This document shows, piece after piece, positions 50,073 through 62,579 of a stretch of DNA of 64,000 nt (position 1 is the stretch's first letter; each line of letters begins with the position of its first letter). Position numbers and translations under genes: made by a program. The stretch is from Centroscyllium fabricii (Eukaryota), in the NCBI GenBank assembly GCA_051313645.2, contig JBNRSN020000010.1, positions 117,676,001-117,740,000 of the forward strand, given 5' to 3'. Under the pieces are notes generated by a model, which searched no databases, was not told the DNA's origin, and saw only the letters and a list, made by a program, of their open reading frames with translations.

Positions 50073-50751
50073 TAAAATTTAAAATCGAGAATGCAACATA
50101 TGTTTTCAAAGTTAAGGAACTGGTCAGTGAGAAATACATTTTTTTAAATGGTCCCTTGTATGGGAAGCTTAACTTGTGGGAGATGGGGAACTGCCACCTC
50201 CTACAGTTTGTGATTCCTTTCAGAAGAGAATTTGACAATGTTCTGTTGCTGGGCGATGTAGAGGAATAAAGTTTAAACCTAGATGCTGGTCGGTTGAGGC
50301 GCTGAAAGATAATGGACTCCAAATGCTTGAAGCATTTTTTATGTTATAGAAGATCCTTACGTAATATGGAGGAGAGTACATTTTTTCACCTATAGCCAAA
50401 CTTAATTTTTTCCCTCACACCCACCATCTCAATTAACTCTCCCCCTCACCATTTATTCTTACTCACACAAGGCCCAACCAAACCTTGAACCATGGTTCCA
50501 TCTGAACTTTACCCTCTTCCCCAGCCTGGGTGGATCGATGGAAAGATTTCATGCACTCATATTTAGCACTGTTTTAATTTCATATTTCAAATTTATCATT
50601 TGTTTACATTTGGGTTTATCATTTCATGCAACAACACATGTAATCATGGAGGAGGAGTTCTAAATAAGAGTCCTGAATTTAAACATAAATAACAACAGAA
50701 AATGCTGGAAACACTCAGCAGGCCAAGCAGTATCCGTGTAGAGAGAAACAG

Positions 50752-50788
50752 AGTTAAGGTTTCAGGTCTGTGACCCTTCATCAGAACT
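50752..50788 (-). ncRNA. Minimal hammerhead motif in the 3' end of the GIY-YIG Penelope element
   Basis: AGTT-CTGATGA-A-GGGTC-ACA-GACCT-GAAA-CCT-T-AACT, about 180 nt downstream of the ORF stop. Confidence 0.6.
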
Positions 50789-51769
50789 GGAAAAAGTTAG
50801 AGGTGTAACAGGTTTTAAGCAGGTGCAGAGGCAGGGAAAGGGGTGAGGGAGGAAAGAAAAAAAGGGACAATCTGTGCTAGAATGGAAGGCAGGAGAGATT
50901 AAATGTTGCAAATGGGGTTGGCAGAATAATCAACAGATGCCATGTGAAAAAATAAGGGCAGGGGTTATAGTCTGAAATTGTTGAACTCAATGTTGAGTCC
51001 AGAAGGCTGTAAAGTGCCTAAGCGAAAGATGACGTGCTGTTCCTTGAGCTTACGCTGAACTTCATTGGAACAGTGTAAGAGGCTGAGGACAGAGAGATCA
51101 GAGTGGGAGTGGAGTGGAGAATTAAAATGACAAGCGACCGGAAGTTCGGGGTCACCCTTACGGACTGAACGGAGGTGTTCTGCAAAGCGGTCGCCCAATC
51201 TGTGTTTGGTCTCCCCAATGTAGAGGAGACCACATCGTGAGCAGTGAATACAGTATATTAAATTGCAAGAAGTACAAGTAAATCGGTGCTTCACATGGAA
51301 AGGGTGTTTGGGGCCCTGGACAGTGGGAAGGGAGGAGGTAAAAGGGCAGGTGTTGCATCTCCTGCGCTTGCACGAGAAGGTGCCGTGAGGAGGGGAGGGG
51401 CTGTTGGGGGTAATTGAGGACTGGACTAGGGTGTTGTGGAGGGAGCGGTCCCTTTGGAATGCTGAAAGGGGAGGGGAGGGAAAGATGCGTTTGGTGGTGG
51501 GGTCACGCTGGAGGTGGCAGAAATGGCGGAGAATGGTGGGGTGAAAGGTGAGGACAAGGGGAACCCTATCGTGGTTGTGGGCAAGAGAAGGGCTGAGAGC
51601 AGAAGTGCAGGAAATGGAATGGACACGGTCGAGGGCCATGCCAACCACAGTAGAGTGGAATCCTTGGTTGAGGATAAAGGAAGACATATCAGAAGCACTA
51701 GTATGGAAGGTGGCATCATCAGAGTAGATGCAGTAGAGACGGAGAAACTGGGAGAATGGAATAGAGTCG

Positions 51770-52283
51770 TTACAGCCCTTATCTGAGGAAGGATATTCTT
51801 GCCATGGAAGGAGTTCAGTGAAGGTTCACAAGGCTGATACCTGGGATGGCAGGAATGACGTATGAAGAGAGATTGGGTCCATTGGGCTTATACTCACTGG
51901 AGTTTAGAAGAATGACAGGGGATCTCATTGAAACTTATAAAATTCTGACAGGTCTGGAAAAACTAGATGCAGGAAGAATGTTCCCGATGGTTGGAGAGTC
52001 CAGAACCAGGGGGCACAGTCTAAGGATAAGGGGTAAGCCATTCAGGACAGAGATGAGGAAGACTTTCTTCACCCAGAGAGTGGTGAACCTGTGGAATTCT
52101 CTACCACAGAATGTAGTTGAGGCCAAGTCATTAAATATATTCAAGAAGGAGTTAAATATAGTTCTTAGAGCTAAAATTATCAAGGGATATGGGGAGAAGG
52201 CAGGTACGGGGTACTGAGTTTGGATGATCAGCCATGATCTCATCGAATGGCGGAGCAGGCTCGAGGGGCCGAATGGCCTACTC
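51770..52283 (+). mobile_element. CR1 3' fragment (tail B) inserted in the Penelope element
   Basis: YEERLGPLGLYSLEFRRMTGDLIETYKIL...FFTQRVVNLWNSLP. Confidence 0.88.
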
Positions 52284-52747
52284 CTGCTCCTATCTTCTAT
52301 GTTATCTATGTACAGGAAGCGGGTGGGAGGAAGTGTAGTCCAGGTAGCTGTGGGAGTCAGTGGGCTTGTAGTGGATGTTTGTCGATAGCCTATCCCCAGA
52401 AATGGAGACAGGGAAGTCAACAAGTGGAAACTGTTAAAGTGGCGGAGGGCGTCAGAAGTGTTGTCAATGTAGGTGGGAAGGGACTGGACAAGGGGAGAAA
52501 AAATAGAATTGAGATAGGAAGCAATCTTGGGAAGGAGATCCCCTACCATGACGGCCTGAGGGCGCTCCGCTTCTTCCTTTAATAGAGGCCCAACCAGTCC
52601 CCATCCACCACCACCCTCCTCCACCTGGCTGAACTTGTTCTCACATTGAACAACTTCTACTTTAACTCCACTCACTTCCTCCAAATTAAAGGTGTTGCTA
52701 TGGGAACCCGCCTGGGCCCTAGCTATGCCTGCCTGTCCATGGGATAT

Positions 52748-53057
52748 CATAGAATCATAGAATCCCTACAGTGCAGATAGAGGCCATTTCGGCCCATCGA
52801 GCCTGCACCGACACATATCCCACCCTATCCCCGTAACCCCACATATTCAATCCCCCTAACACTAAGGGTCAATTTATCATGGCCAATCAACCTAACCCGC
52901 GCATCTTTGGACTGTGGGAGGAAACCGGAGCACCCGGAGGAAACCCACGCAGACACGGGGAGAATGTGCAAACTCCACACAGATAGTCACCCAAGGCCGG
53001 ATTTGAACCCGGGTCTCTCGTGCTGTGAGGCAACAGTGCTAACCACTATGCCACCGT
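52748..53057 (-). mobile_element. HE1-like V-SINE, tail-A type, inside the Penelope RT
   Basis: GATAT target duplication; the RT sequence resumes after it. Confidence 0.88.
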
Positions 53058-55825
53058 GATATGTGGACCATTCTTTGTTCAGTCCTACTCAGGTCCCCTC
53101 CCTCACCTCTTTTTCCAGTACTTTGATGACTGTATCGGTGCCGTTTTCTGCTCTTGCTCTGAACTAGAAATTTCCATTCACTTTGCTTCCAATTTCTACT
53201 CTTCCATCACCTTCACCTGGTCCATCTCCGACTCTTCCCTTCCCTTCTCTGACTCCTCTGTCTCCACTGGCAGTAGGGATGGAATTGGGGCTAGGAGGAT
53301 GGTGAGGTCATAGCTTTCGTGACCACCATAGCCCCTGTCCAGAATGGCTGAAGACAGAGCCATGACCAAAAATGTGCTGGTGTGTCCCCTGATGGCTATA
53401 GTTTGCAAGCACTCATCTGACAGGAATACGTGGGATTTACAGAGTTTATATAGAGTGAGGTATGCATAGTGGAGATTTTCATCTGACCCTTGCAAATCTA
53501 AAGTGGAGAGGGCAGCCTCAGTGCTTCCTTGATGGTTCATCTGGGAGTGGGTGGCCCAGATCATGTTCCCAGAATCTACACTGGCTTTCTGTGAAATATG
53601 CTGACTTGCAGCACAGTGCTGATTAGAGGCAAGAGATATCCCATAGGGAAGTTTTAAGGGGGTCGGTTTGTACTGGATTTTAGGTAGCATAGCCTGCTTC
53701 CAGAGGTAGTCCAAAATCTGAGTATAGCTGAAGAAATTCTCTCAGTAGAATGTCAGACAGCTGTTGGAAGGATATGATTTGACCATTTAAAAGCAGTTTG
53801 CCTATTTGAGTGATGTAATTCTCATGCTGTGCCTTGACACCAGTTCTGACAGGAGCCTCGGGAAGGTAGAGACACTATATTGAGATTATAATAGGCCTTG
53901 GGCCACCTTCAGTGCAATGTATACTTTCCTCCAAATTGCCAGAGTTAGTGATACTATTGGGTGTGTTAAGACGTAACCTGGTCTTTTCTGTATGCAGAGA
54001 GGACTAGGTTTTCTGCTGCAATTCCACCTGAGAGCTGGCATAACCCTGGATTGAAAGCAACAGAAAATTGCTTGTAAGTCATTCTGCTGGCTCTCTGCTT
54101 ATACCTGCCTCTTATTAAAGCGTACACAGCCCAGAAATAATGGGATGGGCGGATATATTCAAACGCCATGCAAACAACATATTTCATGTCATTTGCACCA
54201 CAGAAATAATTGATGCAATGGATATTTGTTCATCCCTGAGGAGCCCTTGAAGATTCAATGGCCAAAAAGACTATATAATCAATCAATCAATCAATCTTTA
54301 TCAAAGTTGAAAATGGCAGCAAAGAAGCCACCTGTCACACCAATCAATTGCCACCGCTCTCCAGGGAGCATCATGTGGCAGGCACAAATCCTTCCATGTT
54401 GCACTTCCGCAAGCACAATGGCCAAGTCGAAGTTTTAAGCTAAGGAGTGCAGTGAGGTTGATCAGGCAGTGTTTGCATCCATTCCTGGCCAGAGTTTTGT
54501 GAGAACGCATTGTTACAATGACACCCAGTGGTTATGAAGCCCAATAGTAGTGATAGAGGTTTGGGAAATTTAGGAAGCCTTTCCTCTTGGGGAGATATAG
54601 ATGTCATGATCGTATCCCTGGCTGGCTCCCTCCCCATAGAAGCTGAAGGATGCACTTGCTGAGACTGCAGAATTTCTGTTTGGAAATTCAGATGGGCAGC
54701 TCTAGATCAGGTCTAGAAGATGTAGGAATGGCTTCATTTTTAAAGTGCTTTCTCTTTCTAGCAGTGAGACAGGATGTCTATTCAATTTGTTCCGTTCTGA
54801 ATACTCACCGTATTGGAAGAAGGCAGAACATTATTTTTCTAAAGTGCTAGGAGTTTGTGTATCGCATATATACCTAGGTAATTGAAGAGCATATATCTAG
54901 GCAAAGGGGTAGACCTCTTAGATTTGTTTTGGGGTATCCTAGGTCATAACTAAAACTGTTGTATATAAACCTACTCTTCTGTTTGCTCTCTAAATCACAG
55001 AAAGAATGATCATTGGTGTATAACAAAATGATAAAACCTTCACTCTTATTAAAATATACCTCCATAAATATTTAATGCAAAAAATATAATCTCAGGATCA
55101 GGTAACATTTATAAAGACCTCATTTTACATTTGGAATTGATAACATCATCTGAAGAATTGGAATAATGCTGTGTAACTAATTTATACATAATGTATTATG
55201 TATTATGTATTATGCTCTACCAAATGTATGCTTTACATTTTTCTGTGCAATCTGCAAGTTTTAAAGGATTCAGAATCTTTTGGGAATGATGAAAGCCCCA
55301 GAAGAACTATAGGTCAATTCACCACAACATGAATTGTAAATGACGCAACAATGCATTTCAATGAATTTGCTGTCATTGCATCATGGGTTTATAAAATGAA
55401 ACAAGAGTTTCCGGATGCTTTATCATCAAGATGGTGGAACTTTAAAATGAAAGTATTATTGGAGTATTGCAAAGGAGGTTACAGTAAGTGCCTCTTCTAA
55501 TCATCTAACATCTAATAGTCCTGAGGCACTGGAACTTCTCGGACAATGGAAAGAAATAGATCTCCAATTCAAAAAATAGCATATCAGTGAGTGGGTTCAT
55601 GACTGTAATCCAATCTTAAAAGTTCAAATGACATTTATTAAATTGCTCCAAGCTTTGCTGTTGCACTTTATGACATTATCTGAACCTTTCAATTACAGCC
55701 TTGAATTACTCCCAGGATATAGTCCTTCATTGTCACCTTATGTAGAAACCAATCTGGCCACCAGATGGTGATATAACAACAGTGAGAACACATTTCCATA
55801 GTATGTCACCTTCTTATTTCATATA

Positions 55826-56135
55826 TCATAGAATCCCTACAGTGCAGATAGAGGCCATTTCGGCCCATCGAGCCTGCACCGACACATATCCCACCCTATC
55901 TCCGTAACCCCACATATTTAATCCCCCTAACACTAAGGGTCAATTTATCCTGGCCAATCAACCTAACCCGCACGTCTTTGGACTGTGGGAGGAAACCGGA
56001 GCACCCGGCGGAAACCCACACAGACACGGGGAGAATGTGCAAACTCCACACAGATAGTCACCCGAGGCCGGATTTGAACCCGGGCCCCTAGAGCTGTGAG
56101 TCAACAGTGCTAACCACTATGCCACTGCGCCGCCC
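55826..56135 (-). mobile_element. HE1-like V-SINE, tail-A type
   Basis: Same head, core and tail as 43409-43724. Confidence 0.88.
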
Positions 56136-56908
56136 TATAAAGCTGAAATTTGAATCAGTGATGTCCTGAAGCAAAGTTGATCACTTTCATAATGTACTTG
56201 CTAATAAAACAAATATGACACCTATTCTTTCAACTGTCGATGCTGCCATTAGCTTCAATTATTGGTCTACAAACCTTTGGAGTTTTACAACTTTTGTAAG
56301 CTATTTCCACTCTTTCAGGTTCCGCAGCTAAAATGGTAGATAAGTAACCAGCTCCCCGTCCTTTGTCACTGGTAGTTGGCTGCCAATAAGTACATGGGGT
56401 GGGGTGTCTCAGTCTCTGACCTTTTCTCCATCCCTATGATGATCTGACCTTAATTCTATGGCTCCCTCTGACAACCCAGCGAGATCAAGAAAAGAAAGAA
56501 CTTCCATTTATATAGTACCTTTCATAACATCAGGGCATCCCAAAGCATTTCACAATCAATGAAGTACCTCTGAAGTGTAGTCACTGTTGTGAGGCAGGGA
56601 AACGCAGCAGCTAATTTGCACATAAACAGCAATGAGATAAATGTCTAGATAATGGCCTCGATCTTCCCTGAGGTGTGGGGAATTGGCGGGTTTCCGGCGC
56701 GGCAGATTGCCCACATGAATCCTAAAGGGCCTGGGAGCCCCACGCAATTTTGGCTCAATTGGTCAATTGATTTCCAGCATGTGGGAACCCTTGGTAGGTG
56801 AGTATTTCCAGTCAGAAAGTCGCACAATATGATGTCACCACTGCTGGTGCTTTTAAGGCAGACAGCAAGCCTTCCTCACTCTGCAGGTTTCCAGGCGCTT
56901 TCTTCAAG

Positions 56909-59340
56909 ATAGAACAGGAGCCTGCAGCAGCTGTGGCCAGCAGGAGGGCCCGACCCTCACCCAAGTTTGACAACGCTTCACTACAGGCATTGCTAGAGGG
57001 GGCTAGGGCCCACAGGGAGGTTCTCTTCCCTTCCTCAGGGAAGAAGAGACCTCCCAGTCAAACCAAGGCTACTTGGCTGGAGGTGGCTGAGGAGGTGATC
57101 TCCGTGGCCCTCACAACATGTACATGGATGCAGTGCAGGAAGAGATTCCATGACCTTCATCGAAGTGGAAAAGTAAGTATAGAGTTTCCATCACCCTCAA
57201 TCTGATCCCCATTGCCTTTCCTCACCAACACTTAGCTTCACCAATCTCTTCCTCCACATTCCACTTGACATTCACATCCATGCACCCTTACCCATTCCCT
57301 CTCTCTCTAAGCTCACATTCACATAACTATTCCACTTTGCAGCCCTCACACTCCCTCTCAATCTGATGCTTTGACCACAACTGACAACACACAGGGAGGG
57401 CCCTTGGTCTTGCAACCTCACTCCATCTTTGTCTCCCTCTAAGTTTCTATGCTGTGCAATCTCTGAACTCACTCCTTCATTCTCATTCAACCTCCACTTG
57501 TCTCCCTCATTGCAGGAAAAGAGAGCTCACAATAAAAGGGAAAGAGCCAGGCCAGGAGGAGGCCCACCCTCAATAGCATTCCTCACCACCTGGGAGGAAG
57601 GAGTGCTGGAAATAGTCGGGGATGATGCGGCTGCGGAAGTTGGGGAAGGAGAGACGGGCATCCTCATAAGCTGGTGACAGAATCGTTTTCTATCTCTCTC
57701 ATTGACATCGTATGGCTCGCAGATAATGATTCTGAAGCTACATCATATGGACTTATGATCATCTGCAAAATACAATGTGCATGTGACCTTACCATCACAT
57801 CTCTAACTCTTTCCGTTACTCCCACACAGGACCATCGAGAGCCTCCGTCCCCACTGTGGAGGAGGAAGAGGCTGAGCAGCCAGACTCCTCAGAGGAAGCT
57901 GCAACCACTGAGGGCGCAGCGTCAGCAGAATTCAGCGCACCCAGCACCAGTGCAGACACTCACACCTCGGGGGGACCTTCGGGACATAGAGTAGTGTTGT
58001 CACCTGGTGTATCACAGCTCACAAGTGAGCCTCAGTAGATTGTGGAGACAGGGACAGCAGTGCAGAGTCCTAATCGGAGGGCGCAGGACTCTCCCAGCTC
58101 GGCTCAGCTGCATGTTGACCCTCTGCCTCTGGGTCAATCCGAAAGATCAGGGGTGATAGAACTCCATGCACAGATGCAGGAGTCTCTGGTAGGTTTGGTC
58201 TCCAGGGTCGCTGCGAGTGCGGAGCGAATGGAGGAGTCCATTGAGAGCATGAGCAGAGCCTTTGTGGAGTCAGTGGCGCATGAACACATCACCACGGAAA
58301 GGATGGCTTCCTCCGTGGAAATGATTGCTGCCTCCGTGGTAAGGCTGGCTACGGTAGAGGAGAGGATGGCTGTGGCAGAGGAGAGGAGGGCTGCAACCAT
58401 GAAGGAGGTTAGTTGCCAGGGTATGGAAAACATGGTCATTATTCATAGAAACATAGAAGATAGGAGCAGGAGTAGGCCATTCGGCCCTTCGAGCCTGCTC
58501 CGCCATTCAATGAGATCATGGCTGATCATCCAAACCCAGTACCCCGCCCCTACCTTGTCCCCATATCCCTCGATCCCTATCGAGCCTGCACCGACACATA
58601 TCCCACCCTATCCCCGTAACCCCACATATTCAATCCCCCTAACACTAAGGGTCAATTTATCATGGCCAATCAACCTAACCTGCACATCTTTGGACTGTGG
58701 GAGGAAACCGGAGCACCCGGAGGAAACCCACGCAGACACGGGGAGAATGTGCAAACTCCACACAGATAGTACCCGAGGCTGGATTTGAACCCGGGTCTCT
58801 AGTGCTGTAAGGCAACAGTGCTAACCACTATGCCACCGTGTTGTTCAGAATAGTATGACATCTCTTGAGGAGCAATGGGCATCTATTGAGCAGAGAAACC
58901 AGACCTTCATGGAAGTCCTTCTGAGTAGGACTGCCATTGCAGATATGGGTCCCCATGGCCCCCCTGATGTGCAGCAAGGTGCTCTCCAGCCATTTGCAGG
59001 CACTGAGGGGGAGCTGATCCATGAGAGGGAGGTTGGTGGCACACCTCAAGGAAGTGGGGCCTCCTCTCCACACGCTCACACTTCTATGCCACTGCAGAGC
59101 CCTCGGTCAGAGCCCCGCCAGAGTCCACACCCAAGTGAGATAGGCATCTCAACCTCTGCACAGCCACAGGAGCAGCAGACTGCTGGCGAGCCCTCACAGG
59201 CTCGCCACCCCAGAGGACGCCCACCAAAGGTGTTGAGACAGGAGCAGCAGGAAAGTGAGCAAGGGGCCTCCACATCTGCTGAAGCCACAGTGGAACCATG
59301 ACGTAGGAGCACGTGTAAGAGGAAGATAAAGCACTATTAA
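56909..59340 (+). pseudogene. Harbinger Myb/SANT-like DNA-binding gene, three exons (~56909-57172, 57516-~57673, 57830-~59340), disabled
   Basis: PKFDNASLQALLEG...WLEVAEEV...TWMQCRKRFHDL, then gtaagt at 57173. Acceptor tgcag|GAAAAG gives EKRAHNKRER..GGGPP; acceptor acacag|G at 57830. Premature TAG at 58036, SINE insertion 58446-58840, TGA at 59299 before a basic RRSTCKRK tail. The start appears mutated to ATA, and the exon 2/3 phases disagree by 1 nt. Confidence 0.8.
58446..58840 (-). mobile_element. HE1-like V-SINE, tail-B type, inside the Harbinger Myb gene
   Basis: TTATTCA/TTGTTCA flanks. Confidence 0.88.
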
Positions 59341-59597
59341 TCACAAGGGTAGTCACTTGGGTGAAATGTTGTGTATATTTTAAGTATGCCGTCAGTTGTT
59401 TGCTGCGCATAAACATTCTGATGGCAACTGTTGCAGTTGTGGCGTGTGTCAATTCGCGAATGGAGCTTTCACATTGAGGGCTTATGAGTACTTGCAATTG
59501 TCAGTATGCTGGAGAAATAGCAAGGAATCCGTAGGGTCTTGGCCATTGCCGATGCTCAGTTAAGAAGCTGCAAGTCAAAAGTGTTTGATTGAGTAGG

Positions 59598-61302
59598 CTA
59601 AGCAAATCTGCCCAGGATGATTGCGTTGCTTGCATCCCAGGCAGCAATGTTCTCGGGTAATGCTGGCGCTGGTTGATGGGCTTCTGCAGGATCTTTGTTT
59701 TTAGCCTCCTCCTCCTCCTGGGATGGCAGGAATGATGTATGAGGAGAGATTGTGTCGATTGGGATTATACTCACTGGAGTTTAGAAGATTGAGAGGGGAT
59801 CTCATCGAAACCTATAAAATTCTGTCAGGCCTGAACAGACTAGATGCAAGAAGGATGTTCCTGATGGCCGGGGAGTCCAGAACCAGGGTTCATAGTCTAA
59901 GGATAAGGGGTAAGCTATTTAGGACAGAGATGCTGAGGAATTTCTTCACCCAGAGAGTGGTGAACCTGTGGAATTCTCTGCCACTGAAGGTGGTGGAGGC
60001 CGATTCATTAAATATATTCAAGAAGAAGTTGGATATATTCCTTAAGGCTAAAGGGATCAAGGGATATGAGGAGAAGGCAGGGACAGGGTACTGAATTTGG
60101 ATGATCAACCATGATCTCATTGAATGGCGAAGCAGGCTCGAGGGGCCGAATGGCCTACTCCTGCTCCTATCTTCTATGTTTCCTCCTTCTCCTCCGCATC
60201 ATCATCATCTGAGGAGGGTATGCGAGGAGCCACTTGGTTCTCAGGAATCTGCAAGCTATGACACTGTGCCATGTTGTGAAATGCACAGCAAACCACGACG
60301 ATTTTGGAGACCCTGGCCGCTGAGTACTGGAGGGCTGCACCTGGACTATCCAGGCATCTGAATTGCATCTTCAGCAAGCCAATGGTTTGTTCATTAATGC
60401 ATCTGGTGGAAATGTGGCTGGAGTTGTAGCGCTCCTCAGCCTCGTTGGATGGCCTCCTCAAGGGCATCATTAGCCAAGTCCTCAGGGGATAGCCTTTGTC
60501 TCCAAGTAGCCATCCCTGAAGTTCGTCTGGCGGACTGAAGAGCGGAGGCACACTAGACTGACGCAGGATGAAGGAGTCATGGCAACTGTCAGGGTACTTG
60601 GCACAAACATGCATAATCTCCTTCTTGTGGTCACACACCAGCTGAACATTGAGGGAGTGGAAGCCCTTGCGGTTGACAAAAACACCTGGATTGTGATGGG
60701 GTGCCTTAAGGGCCACATGTGTGCAGTCAATGATGCCCTGCACCCTTGGGAAGCCTGCCAGATGAGCTAATCCAATCGCTCGTGCCCTCACACTTGCACG
60801 ATCCTTGGTGAAATGGATGTGATTGTGCATGAGGACAAAGAGGGTATCGGTTACCTGCATGATGCAAGTGTGTGCGGCCGACTGGGAAATGCCACTGATG
60901 TCTGCTGATGATCCCTGGAATGAGCCTGATGCAAAAAAGTTGAGTGCGGTGGTGACTTTGATGACTACTGGTAAGGAGTGTCCACCTGTTGCTCTGGGCT
61001 CCAGGACTTGCTGTAGCATTGCGCAGATGTCAGTCACTACCTGTCGCGAAAGTCGGAGCCGCCTTTGGCACTGCTGCTCAGTCATGTTGAGGTAGCTGAC
61101 CCTGCGTCTGTAGACCCTGTTTGGGGGTATCTCCTGCACTGATGGGCTTCCATGCTTTGGCCCCTTCTGGCCTGTACTGCCTCCGGAGGGTGAGCAGGGG
61201 CTGTGGCTCCTGCTGCTGCTGTTGTTCCTGGTTCTGCTGCTGCTGCCTCTGCCACTGGAGATCATCTAAAGCCAAGAAGGAAAGGAAAAAAAGGCCTCCC
61301 AT
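59598..61302 (-). pseudogene. Harbinger (HARBI1-like) DDE transposase, frameshifted near the N-terminus and split by a CR1 fragment
   Basis: ORF 60174-61265 has [19 protein letters not shown] (D), [24 protein letters not shown] (D) and [12 protein letters not shown] (E). The C-terminus ...NAIILGRFA* resumes at ~59717-59598. Probable native ATG at 61302 (MGGLFFLSFL). Confidence 0.9.
59719..60180 (+). mobile_element. CR1 3' fragment (tail B) inserted in the Harbinger transposase
   Basis: YEERLCRLGLYSLEFRRLRGDLIETYKIL, flanked by TCCTCC repeats. Confidence 0.88.
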
Positions 61303-62579
61303 GCTTCTGGTGGCTGCCTCCACTGAGGAAGCACTGAGTGAGGATGGAGAGAGGGCTTTCCTAGGAGGTCACAGTGGAGAAGTGTGTGAGGCTCCAACCT
61401 TCCGCAGGAGTGGTGAAGCCTGGAACAAGTTGCCCCAGGCCTGAGACAACAATGTCCTGCCGGCTGCAAATGATGGCTTTTTAAATCTATTCCTTAATGA
61501 TTGACCTATTGCTAAGAGTCAGCAAGCCAATTGTGTCCCCGCCAGGTTTCAGTGGTGGGGTTTCCAGCTGGCGGGTTTTGTGTGGGAAAAGTCTGAAAAT
61601 TGCAAGGGCCCCTTAAAATGGCATTATAGATGCCAATTAAGGATGATTAAGTTGCCTAAAGACCATTCCCGTCGGTCGCAGGCGGGACTGAATCGGGTCG
61701 ACCAGACACAGCAGGGGAAAATCGCAATGCGTCGGCAAGCCGGGGGGGAGGGGTGGCGACCCCCCGGTTCTGCAATTTTGCAGCCCGAGCCGCCAAAAAG
61801 CCTGCCTGACGGCTCACGGAAAATTGACCCCAAACTGTTTCAGTGGTGTTGATTAAGGGATAAATGTTGGTCAGTAAACCAGGAGAACTCCACTGCTCTT
61901 CTTCAAATAGTGCCATGGGGTCGTTTACAGGCATCTGAGCAGGCAGCCTGGACCATGTAATTCATTATTGTGGCATATCTCTTCCTCGCCACAAATTGCT
62001 GGGCTTTTTACGCCTTAATAATGGTGAGTGCTGTGAACTCGCCATTATTTTTCCACCAGTTTTTGGCCCATGGTGTAAATGCTTCTTGTCAATAAAGATG
62101 TGCAATCTTCAGTCTCATTCACATCTGGAACTTTTCAATACGTTCAAAATTTATGGTTAGCTTACTTATAATTCACAAAAATAAAAGTCAATCATTATTT
62201 TATTTCTAAATGATGAATCATTTATAATGTAGCGACTCAGAGTGGTCTGAATTCATAGATCAAACACAGCAGTGGAACTGACAAAAATCTCAAAGCTGGA
62301 AAAGGGCTTAACATAATTATAGATTAAAGTTTATTTAAAAAGTGACACTTCTGTTCACTGAGACCCTCCTGCTCTGGATGTTTAATGTGCCGTCACTTCA
62401 GATCTTAGATCAGCGCTGTGTGTCTGATTGGCCGCTACCTCGCTGCAGAAAATTCTAATTAGACTAAACAGAAACATTTGGAGCAAGTTAGCCATGGCAA
62501 GAAGGCGAGATTCATAGTGAGCATCGCCAACCTTGCCATTGTAAGAAATTCTGGGCCATTATATAAATGTAATTTTATA

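Larger units (their letters stand above)
50686..53267 (-). mobile_element. Rearranged Penelope-like element (RT + GIY-YIG endonuclease + hammerhead-bearing 3' end) with CR1 and SINE insertions
   Basis: ORF 50965-51687 has CKRRRCNTC, FTCTSCNLIYCIHCSRCGLLYIGET..RLGDRFAEH and LGTLQPSGLN. RT pieces GVAMGTRLGPSYA and QYFDD lie on the + strand (52538-53267); YKPTDSHSYLDY lies on the - strand (52290-52425). Confidence 0.9.
56654..61831. mobile_element. Decayed autonomous PIF/Harbinger DNA transposon, inserted into a DeuSINE
   Basis: Imperfect TIRs GGCCTCGATCTTCC / GGAAAATTGACCCC with 3-bp flanks AAT/AAA. Carries convergent Myb/SANT and DDE transposase genes. The host SINE reads continuously across the insertion (agataat|...|ctgtttc). 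Confidence 0.9.
56488..61950 (-). mobile_element. DeuSINE split by the autonomous Harbinger (pieces 56488-56653 and 61835-61950)
   Basis: The two pieces join into a continuous reverse-strand DeuSINE. Confidence 0.7.

Noticed and set aside
53270-54850. Minus-strand ORFs and a (CAAT)n run at ~54278 suggesting an old LINE
   Set aside because: Too degenerate to assign a family or boundaries by eye.
58042-58788. 248-aa ORF as a novel chimeric protein
   Set aside because: It is the Harbinger Myb-gene exon reading fortuitously into an antisense SINE, downstream of a premature stop.
56798-61302. Domesticated HARBI1/NAIF1/MSANTD host genes
   Set aside because: Both ORFs are disrupted (stops, frameshift, TE insertions) and lie between TIRs inside a split SINE, so this is a transposon fossil.
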